Below are positions 1 to 6,371 of a DNA stretch of 6,515 bases, piece after piece (positions within the stretch are counted from its first letter, which is position 1; each line of letters opens with the position of its first letter). The stretch is from IMG/VR virus record IMGVR_UViG_2529293223_000008; one strand, given 5' to 3'. Origin of the DNA: a virus. Taxonomy: Duplodnaviria > Heunggongvirae > Uroviricota > Caudoviricetes. A model generated the notes under the pieces. It was not told the origin of the DNA, made no database searches, and worked only from the letters and a program-made list of their open reading frames with translations. The translations under genes and the position numbers were made by a program.

Positions 1-375
1 GGTAATCCATCCAGGCCTGTTGTTGCAGAGCTTGGCGATGATTCAGGCTGGCATTTTTTCAGCCAGAGGAATACAGATAACAGCATCACGTTCGCCGTAA
101 ACGGACAGGTAATTCCGTTAAATTACGGAAACTTTGATGCCCGCTATAAACATCGAACTGAGGGGGTACAGGATGTGCGATATGGCCATGAAATGTATTA
201 CAACCCTGGCAGCAACACCGTTTCATGGACGTTTCGCTCACCTTCGGGACACGGGCTGTCAGGGATATCGATATCGGATACCGGCCGTAACTCAGCGGAT
301 AACGTCAACGGTGTGTATTACCGACCGCTGCAAAAACTGATTAATGGCACCTGGTATAACGTAGCGAGTATTTAA
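1..375 (+). CDS. phage tail fibre protein, C-terminal fragment (5' end lies outside the window)
   Basis: Frame 1 is open from base 1 to the TAA at 373-375 (124 codons, no in-frame stop). The listed ORF 175..375 is only the internal-Met tail of this frame. The stop is 1 nt before the start of a tail-fibre-assembly gene, the usual stf-tfa arrangement. The C-terminus is rich in Gly/Ser/Asn/Tyr/Trp. Product call rests on context and composition, not on a motif I can name. Confidence 0.6.
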   Translation, partial: GNPSRPVVAELGDDSGWHFFSQRNTDNSITFAVNGQVIPLNYGNFDARYKHRTEGVQDVRYGHEMYYNPGSNTVSWTFRSPSGHGLSGISISDTGRNSADNVNGVYYRPLQKLINGTWYNVASI

Positions 376-376
376 T

Positions 377-904
377 ATGATGCACTTAAAGAACATAAAA
401 GCGGGTAACGCTAAAACGCCGGAACAGTATGAGTTAACAAAGAAGCACAGAGTCATCTGGCTTTACGCTGAAGACGGGAAAAACTGGTATGAGGAAGTGA
501 AGAACTTTCAGCCAGATACAATAAAGATTGTTTACGACGAAAATAATATTATTGTTGCCATTACCAAAGATACCTCAACGCTTAATCCTGAAGGTTTCAG
601 CGTTGTCGAAGTTCCTGATATTACCGCCAACCGACGTGCTGATGACTCCGGGAAGTGGATGTTTAAGGACGGAGCTGTGGTTAAGCGGATTTATACGGCA
701 GGCGAGCAGCAACAACAGGCCGAATCACAAAAGGCCGCGTTACTTTCCGAAGCTGAATCAGTCATCCAGCCGCTGGAACGCGCTGTCAGGCTGAATATGG
801 CAACAGACGAGGAACGCACACGACTGGAAGCATGGGAACGCTACAGTGTTCTGGTCAGCCGTGTGGACACTGCAAAACCTGAATGGCCACAAAAGCCCGG
901 GTGA
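377..904 (+). CDS. tfa: phage tail fibre assembly protein (Tfa family chaperone)
   Basis: 175 aa ORF. N-terminus [21 protein letters not shown]...[13 protein letters not shown]...FQPDT and C-terminus ...[30 protein letters not shown] follow the conserved pattern of enterobacterial Tfa proteins as I recall them (TfaE/TfaQ/TfaR, Mu U-like). Start is 1 nt after the upstream fibre gene stop. Length is typical for Tfa. Confidence 0.85.
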   Translation: MMHLKNIKAGNAKTPEQYELTKKHRVIWLYAEDGKNWYEEVKNFQPDTIKIVYDENNIIVAITKDTSTLNPEGFSVVEVPDITANRRADDSGKWMFKDGAVVKRIYTAGEQQQQAESQKAALLSEAESVIQPLERAVRLNMATDEERTRLEAWERYSVLVSRVDTAKPEWPQKPG

Positions 905-909
905 AAACC

Positions 910-932
910 AAGGCCCGAACGCCAGGCCTTTT
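910..932 (+). terminator. weak candidate intrinsic terminator just after the tfa stop
   Basis: Seen in sequence: AAGGCC (910-915), a 9 nt loop, GGCCTT (925-930), running into TTTT (929-932). The stem is only 6 bp, so this is a weak call. Confidence 0.25.
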
Positions 933-1040
933 GCGAATACACCGGCATGCCAGAGTGGAAACAAATTGCGACGCACCAGTCCGTGCACATTTCTGACCGG
1001 GCAGCTATTCCAGAAAACAGCAGACAAGAGAGGTACAGAT

Positions 1041-1784
1041 ATGTGGTTTCCGGCAAAACTGATGCTTCCGACAGGTAATATCACCCCCATAACATGTTCA
1101 GCTATGGCCGTACATCCGTGGGATGTTGAAGCGGGGCACATTACGCCAGACGGTGCGTATTTAAGCCCCGTCAACGCAATAAACCACCTTAACAACAAAC
1201 TCCCGGGCCTGACCGAAAACAGCGATATCGCCATCATAATGGTAACAGGCAGCAATAATAACGATTTTATTCGTCAACTGTCAGCACTGGCAGACACACT
1301 CCCTTTACCCACTCTGACGCAGACGCTAAGACGCGCAAGAACACAGCTCACCCAGGCAATCACCAGAATGCAAATCCCGGCGACACCACAGAACGGACTG
1401 CCCGCTCCACAACCACTTATTGCCAGCACACTACAGAACAGCATCAGTAACCACACCGCGCTTAACGCTATGAAGGCCGAAGGGCTGAACTCTGTCGACT
1501 CACTGAAAAACGCGTTATCCGGTTTTCAGGCACAACGTCAACGGTTGCAGCAACAGATAATCGCTGAACTGGCAGGAGCAGGCGATAAAGTGGCAAAAGC
1601 ATTTGCGTTCGTGCACACCGGCGACGCCGTTTTAGCCCGCCGGGAAATGATGAAAAATATTCCGCACCCCACAGCTTCACTGACGTATGCACACCTGTTC
1701 GCAGGCGATCTTTCCGGGATGCTGAACTGGATAACGAAGGCAGAAAATGAGCCAGAACACGACAACGCCACTGCTGGCCCTTAA
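1041..1784 (+). CDS. hypothetical protein, 247 aa, first gene of a three-gene operon; function unknown
   Basis: Long ORF (track lists 846..1784). I place the start at ATG 1041 because AAGAGAGG (1026-1033) lies 7 nt upstream as a Shine-Dalgarno, and the 846 start would overlap tfa with no ribosome-binding site. ATG 1062 is a possible alternative. No catalytic or nucleotide-binding motif recognised. Ala/Leu/Gln-rich, probably helical C-terminal half. Confidence 0.6.
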   Translation: MWFPAKLMLPTGNITPITCSAMAVHPWDVEAGHITPDGAYLSPVNAINHLNNKLPGLTENSDIAIIMVTGSNNNDFIRQLSALADTLPLPTLTQTLRRARTQLTQAITRMQIPATPQNGLPAPQPLIASTLQNSISNHTALNAMKAEGLNSVDSLKNALSGFQAQRQRLQQQIIAELAGAGDKVAKAFAFVHTGDAVLARREMMKNIPHPTASLTYAHLFAGDLSGMLNWITKAENEPEHDNATAGP

Positions 1785-2313
1785 TGGTCAGATAATCCCG
1801 CTAAAACGCTTAAGTGTCAGCGTGAAGCTGACCATCAAAGACAAAGACGCTTCCGGAAAATCCTCATCAACAGCGACTTCAGAACAGGGTGTAAAAGCCA
1901 AGGAGCTGCAGATTTCCGGACTGATTCCGTTCACCCAGCCGGAAGCACTCACACGCTTATTTCGTCTGGCTGAAGCCAGAGCCGCTAACGGTGCACAACA
2001 GGTTTACCGCATCGCCAACATGGATGCTAAAGCGGTCAATATGAAGCAAGGGATTTTTTCCGGTGCCGTGGGCGCAACTCCTGAAACAGGCCTGATGGCA
2101 TGGAAAGTTGACTTCACTCTGAAAGAAAAACTCAGCAGTGCCGAAAAGGCGACAGGACGCGGCCCGGCTGGCAATCAGAGTGCTGAACAGCACGCACAGG
2201 CCGTCAAATCAGGTGGCAAAGGCGAAAAAAACGAAGAGCATGGCTGGTTCTGGAAAATGTCAGACAAACTCAATAACTGGATAGGCCCGGCAGGCAATGA
2301 AACCAATTCGTGA
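1747..2313 (+). CDS. hypothetical protein, 188 aa, Lys-rich and hydrophilic; function unknown
   Basis: ORF with GAAGG (1736-1740) 6 nt before ATG 1747. Overlaps the upstream gene by 38 nt and the downstream gene by 17 nt, consistent with translational coupling. Ser/Thr-rich N-terminus, Lys/Gly-rich middle, Trp-containing C-terminal tail (HGWFWKMSDKLNNWIGP). No recognisable motif; DKDASGKSS is not a valid Walker A. Confidence 0.6.
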   Translation: MSQNTTTPLLALNGQIIPLKRLSVSVKLTIKDKDASGKSSSTATSEQGVKAKELQISGLIPFTQPEALTRLFRLAEARAANGAQQVYRIANMDAKAVNMKQGIFSGAVGATPETGLMAWKVDFTLKEKLSSAEKATGRGPAGNQSAEQHAQAVKSGGKGEKNEEHGWFWKMSDKLNNWIGPAGNETNS

Positions 2314-3985
2314 TCTCTGCATTAACGGCAGGCGTTATCCTGTCGTGGAAGAAAACATCATGTTGCGTCTCAACGGCGCGGGAACCGGCTTTATCACCAT
2401 TAACGCCGCCGACAATACTCCCCCGCTACGCGGCAAACCCGTAGAGCTGTCCATCGGTTACAACGATCAGCCTGTAAAGTGGTTTTCGGGATATGTGGAA
2501 AGTGACAGTTGTACAGGCAGAGGGCTGCACAAGCTGATGGTGCGCGAAGCTGCTGCTATTCTGCAATACCCGCTCAACATCTCCATGCAGCATCCGACGC
2601 TGAAACAGGTCGCAGGACACATTGAAGGCAATACAGGTTTACGCATACAACTCCCGAAGGCAGGCTACACCACCACTCCGGTCCCTCATCTGACCCACAA
2701 TGGCAACGGTTATCAGCTGATGGCCATGCTTGGCCGCATATTCAGTATCCCGGATTACGTCTGGTATCCGTCGGTTGACGGCATCATCTACGCCGGAAGC
2801 TTTGCTGACTGCCGTTTTACAAAACGCCCTGCCAGATTGCCGGTCGATATCACCAGAGGTGATCACGGAGCAAATGGCTGGACAATACAGACGATTCCCA
2901 TGATGCGCCCCGGCGTGGTCATGAACGATCACCGTATAAATCAGGTACAGCTACAGGGCGACAGCATGATCATTAGCTGGAGTGATGGCCGTCAGTCGCC
3001 AGTACAACGCCAGATCGAAACCCTTTACCCCGAGATAGGCAACAAAACCCACCTTCCACGCATGGGACGCGTGATCTCACCAACTGAAAACACAACCCAG
3101 GGGGATTTGCATGATGAATTTCGCCCACGCTACGCCGTCAATGTGCAGTTGCTCGACGAGAACGGCACCCCCGATAAGAACACACCGGTATATAACGCCG
3201 TCCCCGTTCCTGTGCCAATGGCCGGCAATGAATCCGGGATATTCCAGTACCCGCCCCCAGGAACCATAGTTACACTGGCCCACGTTGACGGCAGGCCGGA
3301 TAAACCCATCATCACCGGCACTCACGCCAGCGGCCAGAGTCTGCCGGGAATAAAGCCCGGCGAACAACTACAACAGCAACGCGCAGAGGTATTCCAGCGT
3401 GTGCATACAGATGGCACATGGCAGCGTGAAACCGATCAGGTTATTCGTGAGAAATCCACCGACCGCATCATCCAGAACACAACGGAAACGCGCACCAGTA
3501 CCACTCGTAATATTACCGTAAAGGCCAACAACACCATAACGGTGCTCGGCACTCATAAGCTGATGAGCGGCCACATACAGCACATCGCAGACGGTGACTA
3601 TGCCGTAGCCGCCACGAAGAAACTGATACAGCACGCCGACAGCGCTGAACTCGACGTTACTCACCAGTGGCAAACCAGCACAGAAAGCACCACCCACAAT
3701 GTGGCGAAAACGCTGGAAGAAAAGATTGGCCGGATTAAAAAATCCGTCGCTGGCCAGATGCAACAGATCATCGCCCCGCAGGTCTGGTTTGGCAGCAATA
3801 CCATCAACACACTTAACCTCATGCTGGATCTTTGCGACACCGTTCAGCAACTGGCGCAGCTCACCGCACAACACACTCATACCAACAACGGGTCGTCACA
3901 GCCCACCAACAGCGGCAGCATAGACACGGTGGCATCAATGGCAGGCAACCTGAAAGCGAAGTACAGTACCGTGATTAAGCAGTAA
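2297..3985 (+). CDS. baseplate hub-spike-like protein (gp27/gp5- or VgrG-like architecture, inferred), 562 aa
   Basis: Long ORF. Residues about 255-345 (nt about 3059-3331) carry an OB-fold signature: RYAVNVQLLDENG...PMAGNESGIFQYPPPGTIVTLAHVDGRPDKPIITG, which parallels the conserved VgrG/gp5 block (RVKVxFxWD...WAG...PRIGxEVxVxFxxGDPDRPIITG) as I recall it. DGRPDKPIITG is at nt 3287-3319. Residues about 385-470 show Thr/Val-rich short beta-repeats (NITVKANNTITVLGTH...) like a spike beta-helix. The N-terminal 250 aa loosely fit a hub (gpD/gp27-like) pattern. Start could instead be ATG 2360 (Met22), which has GGAAG upstream. The ORF call is firm; the family call is from memory. Confidence 0.7.
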   Translation: MKPIRDLCINGRRYPVVEENIMLRLNGAGTGFITINAADNTPPLRGKPVELSIGYNDQPVKWFSGYVESDSCTGRGLHKLMVREAAAILQYPLNISMQHPTLKQVAGHIEGNTGLRIQLPKAGYTTTPVPHLTHNGNGYQLMAMLGRIFSIPDYVWYPSVDGIIYAGSFADCRFTKRPARLPVDITRGDHGANGWTIQTIPMMRPGVVMNDHRINQVQLQGDSMIISWSDGRQSPVQRQIETLYPEIGNKTHLPRMGRVISPTENTTQGDLHDEFRPRYAVNVQLLDENGTPDKNTPVYNAVPVPVPMAGNESGIFQYPPPGTIVTLAHVDGRPDKPIITGTHASGQSLPGIKPGEQLQQQRAEVFQRVHTDGTWQRETDQVIREKSTDRIIQNTTETRTSTTRNITVKANNTITVLGTHKLMSGHIQHIADGDYAVAATKKLIQHADSAELDVTHQWQTSTESTTHNVAKTLEEKIGRIKKSVAGQMQQIIAPQVWFGSNTINTLNLMLDLCDTVQQLAQLTAQHTHTNNGSSQPTNSGSIDTVASMAGNLKAKYSTVIKQ

Positions 3986-4117
3986 GTTTACAGATGAGAA
4001 GAGGTGCACAGGCAGCCCGGTTTACCACTCAAGAATCATGCCACAAAATACAGACAAATAAGCCTTTCGTGAAATTATTCATATATCAATAAATTTCATT
4101 CATCGAACCAGACGAAA

Positions 4118-4133
4118 GCCCGTCGCGACGGGC
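4118..4133. other. perfect 16-nt GC-rich palindrome GCCCGTCGCGACGGGC (hairpin; possible minus-strand terminator or protein-binding site)
   Basis: Seen in sequence: fully self-complementary. On the minus strand it is followed by a moderately U-rich tract (TTTCGTCTGGTT); on the plus strand by ATTCCCCC. Sits in the gap between the operon and IS150. Confidence 0.35.
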
Positions 4134-4172
4134 ATTCCCCCAGAAAAACACCCCCCACCAGACGCGCTGTAT

Positions 4173-4175
4173 CGC
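4173..4175. repeat. target-site duplication, left copy (CGC)
   Basis: CGC immediately outside the left IS150 end, identical to 5619-5621 outside the right end. A 3 bp duplication is expected for IS3-family elements. Confidence 0.8.
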
Positions 4176-4199
4176 TGTACTGCACCCATTTTGTTGGAC
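4176..4199 (+). repeat. IS150 left terminal inverted repeat
   Basis: TGTACTGCACCCATTTTGTTGGAC matches the reverse complement of the right end (TGTACTGACCCCAAAAAGTTGGAC) at about 18 of 24 positions. Confidence 0.85.
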
Positions 4200-4222
4200 G
4201 ATGAAATGGAATAGCCCCTGAT

Positions 4223-4744
4223 ATGTCAAAGCCAAAATACCCTTTTGAAAAGCGCCTTGAAGTAGTGAATCACTACTTCACTACTGATGATGGTTACAGG
4301 ATCATCTCGGCACGTTTTGGTGTCCCCCGAACCCAGGTCAGGACATGGGTTGCCCTCTATGAAAAACATAGAGAAAAAGGCTTAATTCCCAAACCTAAAG
4401 GTGTTAGTGCTGATCCAGAGTTGCGTATTAAGGTCGTGAAAGCTGTGATCGAGCAGCACATGTCCCTTAATCAGGCTGCTGCTCACTTTATGCTTGCTGG
4501 TAGTGGTTCTGTAGCCAGGTGGCTGAAGGTTTATGAAGAGCGCGGAGAAGCTGGTTTACGCGCGCTCAAGATTGGCACCAAAAGAAACATTGCAATATCA
4601 GTTGATCCAGAAAAAGCGGCATCAGCATTGGAGCTGTCAAAAGACCGACGCATTGAGGATCTTGAAAGGCAAGTTCGATTTCTTGAAACGCGGCTTGTGT
4701 ATCTAAAAAAGCTGAAAGCCTTAGCTCATCCCACGAAAAAGTGA
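4223..4744 (+). CDS. insJ: IS150 OrfA (InsJ), helix-turn-helix DNA-binding transposase component
   Basis: 173 aa ORF, MSKPKYPFEKRLEVVNHYFTTDDGYRIISARFGVPRTQVRTWVALYEK..., recognised as IS150 InsJ. Contains the frameshift window near its 3' end. Confidence 0.95.
   Translation: MSKPKYPFEKRLEVVNHYFTTDDGYRIISARFGVPRTQVRTWVALYEKHREKGLIPKPKGVSADPELRIKVVKAVIEQHMSLNQAAAHFMLAGSGSVARWLKVYEERGEAGLRALKIGTKRNIAISVDPEKAASALELSKDRRIEDLERQVRFLETRLVYLKKLKALAHPTKK
4705..4711 (+). other. programmed -1 ribosomal frameshift heptamer A-AAA-AAG (gives the InsJK fusion transposase)
   Basis: In the insJ frame the codons are CTA-AAA-AAG. A -1 slip enters the insK frame, which is open through the GTG at 4741 to the stop at 5592. 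The IS3-family frameshift mechanism is established knowledge. Confidence 0.85.
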
Positions 4745-5592
4745 AAGTACTCAACGAGCTAAGGCAGTTTTATCCTCTTGATGAGCTTCTCAGGGCTGCG
4801 GAGATACCGCGCAGTACGTTTTATTACCATCTAAAGGCTCTCAGCAAGCCTGACAAGTATGCGGACGTTAAAAAGCGTATTGGTGAGATTTATCATGAGA
4901 ATAGAGGCCGATACGGATACCGTAGGGTAACGCTGTCTCTTCATCGAGAAGGGAAACAGATTAACCATAAAGCTGTTCAGCGCCTGATGGGAATCCTCTC
5001 ACTTAAGGCAGCGATTAAGGTCAAGCGATACCGCTCTTACAGAGGAGAGGTAGGGCAAACCGCCCCCAATGTTCTCCAAAGAGATTTCAAGGCTACGCGG
5101 CCAAACGAGAAGTGGGTTACCGATGTTACTGAATTTGCAGTCAATGGGCGCAAGCTGTATTTGTCTCCAGTAATAGATCTCTTCAACAACGAAGTTATTT
5201 CTTACAGCCTTTCGGAAAGACCAGTGATGAACATGGTCGAGAATATGCTCGATCAGGCATTCAAAAAGCTTAATCCTCACGAGCATCCTGTTCTGCACTC
5301 TGACCAGGGATGGCAGTATCGTATGAGAAGATATCAAAATATCCTTAAAGAACATGGTATTAAACAAAGCATGTCCAGAAAAGGCAATTGTCTGGATAAT
5401 GCTGTGGTGGAGTGTTTCTTTGGAACCTTAAAATCGGAGTGTTTTTATCTTGATGAGTTCAGTAATATAAGCGAACTGAAGGATGCTGTTACGGAATATA
5501 TTGAATACTACAACAGCAGAAGAATTAGCCTGAAATTAAAAGGTCTGACTCCAATTGAATATCGGAATCAGACCTATATGCCTCGTGTTTAA
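4741..5592 (+). CDS. insK: IS150 OrfB (InsK), DDE transposase catalytic domain; made mainly as an OrfAB fusion by -1 frameshifting
   Basis: 283 aa [34 protein letters not shown]...[18 protein letters not shown], recognised as IS150 InsK. The track's initiating Met is a GTG overlapping the insJ stop, so the true N-terminus is supplied by the fusion. Confidence 0.95.
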   Translation: MKVLNELRQFYPLDELLRAAEIPRSTFYYHLKALSKPDKYADVKKRIGEIYHENRGRYGYRRVTLSLHREGKQINHKAVQRLMGILSLKAAIKVKRYRSYRGEVGQTAPNVLQRDFKATRPNEKWVTDVTEFAVNGRKLYLSPVIDLFNNEVISYSLSERPVMNMVENMLDQAFKKLNPHEHPVLHSDQGWQYRMRRYQNILKEHGIKQSMSRKGNCLDNAVVECFFGTLKSECFYLDEFSNISELKDAVTEYIEYYNSRRISLKLKGLTPIEYRNQTYMPRV

Positions 5593-5594
5593 CT

Positions 5595-5618
5595 GTCCAA
5601 CTTTTTGGGGTCAGTACA
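5595..5618 (-). repeat. IS150 right terminal inverted repeat
   Basis: Reverse complement reads TGTACTGACCCCAAAAAGTTGGAC, pairing with the left repeat. The element ends in CA. Confidence 0.85.
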
Positions 5619-5621
5619 CGC
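5619..5621. repeat. target-site duplication, right copy (CGC)
   Basis: CGC immediately outside the right IS150 end, matching 4173-4175. Confidence 0.8.
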
Positions 5622-5906
5622 ATTCTGCGACATGCTTTAAGCAAATAAACGCGCGAGTCCCCCTGAATTCAGCTCGTAACGCCTGAAAGCGTACACGCAC
5701 GCTACGTGGATATTTCACGGCATGATGAGCCCAACACACGGCACGGGCGCAAGCCCCCCGCGCTTGCACTCTTTACGATAAAAATTTTTTGCCAAATAAA
5801 TTTGTGCAAAACGACACTCCAGACCGCGCCAGCACTGGCGCTTTACAAAAAAGCCATCTGGCACAAAGTGTCAAAGATTGCCAGGCTTTGCCAGATTAAC
5901 GTTAAA

Positions 5907-5979
5907 AAAGGATCTGACAGGAAAATTAACCATATGAAAAACAAAACCATTTTTTGTTTCGTCATTTTAAAGGATCTGA
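5907..5979. repeat. two 11-bp direct repeats (AAAGGATCTGA at 5907-5917 and 5969-5979) flanking an AT-rich hairpin (AAACAAAA 5939-5946 / TTTTGTTT 5952-5959)
   Basis: Seen in sequence: exact 11-mer repeated 62 bp apart, each preceded by TTAAA. Between them is an 8-bp stem with a 5-nt loop. Function unknown. Confidence 0.4.
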
Positions 5980-6357
5980 ATGCCGCCAAAGTGCCACGCA
6001 CAGGAACCACATAACACAATGAAATAAAAGGTAAAAACAAAACATTGGACAAGGATCGTTTTGGCGCAGCGTTACACAGTTTCGCTGTAAAACTATTTTC
6101 AGGCGCAAGCAAAAACCGCTCACGAAAGCAGCGACAAAAGCGGCAAAATTTTAACTTTCGCGGAGAACCGAACGGGTGACGTGAAACTTTACGTAGCAGA
6201 GAAGCGGGAAATCAGTAGAATAATCGCGGGTGCCTTTCGGCTGACGGCTGGAAGGTTAACCTGAAGGCCGGATGTGGAAAGGCCCCGGAAAACATTTTTG
6301 TTTAACCGAGGCCCTAACCGTCTAACCAGCAATTGATAGGTTAGCGCCTCTCCACTC

Positions 6358-6363
6358 AGGAGG
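6358..6363 (+). promoter_or_regulatory. Shine-Dalgarno sequence (AGGAGG) for the hok-like ORF
   Basis: Perfect AGGAGG 8 nt upstream of ATG 6372. Confidence 0.6.
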
Positions 6364-6371
6364 CAAGCGCC

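Larger units (their letters stand above)
4176..5618 (+). mobile_element. IS150 (IS3 family), complete 1443 bp copy
   Basis: Begins TGTACTG... and ends ...CAGTACA (TG...CA termini). Imperfect terminal inverted repeats, two ORFs matching InsJ and InsK as I recall them, A-AAA-AAG frameshift heptamer, length exactly 1443 bp, flanked by a 3 bp direct repeat. Confidence 0.95.

Noticed and set aside
134-340. 68-aa ORF in an alternative frame inside the tail fibre coding region
   Set aside because: Lies wholly within the longer open frame that runs from base 1 to 375 and continues into tfa context. No ribosome-binding site. Cys/Arg-rich junk-like translation.
528-1255. ORFs 528-794 (+), 758-1255 (-) and 841-1056 (-) overlapping tfa and the start of the operon
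   Set aside because: Out-of-frame or antisense to a well-supported Tfa gene. Translations are low-complexity (Pro/Ser/Cys/Arg-rich) with no start-site signals.
1747-2313. Idea that the Ser/Thr-rich N-terminus of the 188-aa protein is a type III secretion signal (prophage-encoded effector)
   Set aside because: N-terminal composition alone is non-specific. No effector domain recognised and no supporting context.
1274-3923. Antisense and alternative-frame ORFs inside the three operon genes (1274-1456, 1468-1692, 1538-1771, 1957-2193, 2426-2620, 2639-2932, 3077-3367, 3130-3321, 3368-3880 on the minus strand; 3699-3923 on the plus strand)
   Set aside because: All are embedded in longer same-locus ORFs with better coding character and ribosome-binding sites. 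Typical shadow ORFs of GC-balanced coding DNA.
4566-5367. Minus-strand ORFs 4566-4754 and 4999-5367 inside IS150
   Set aside because: Antisense to the recognised insJ and insK genes. IS150 is not known to encode antisense proteins.
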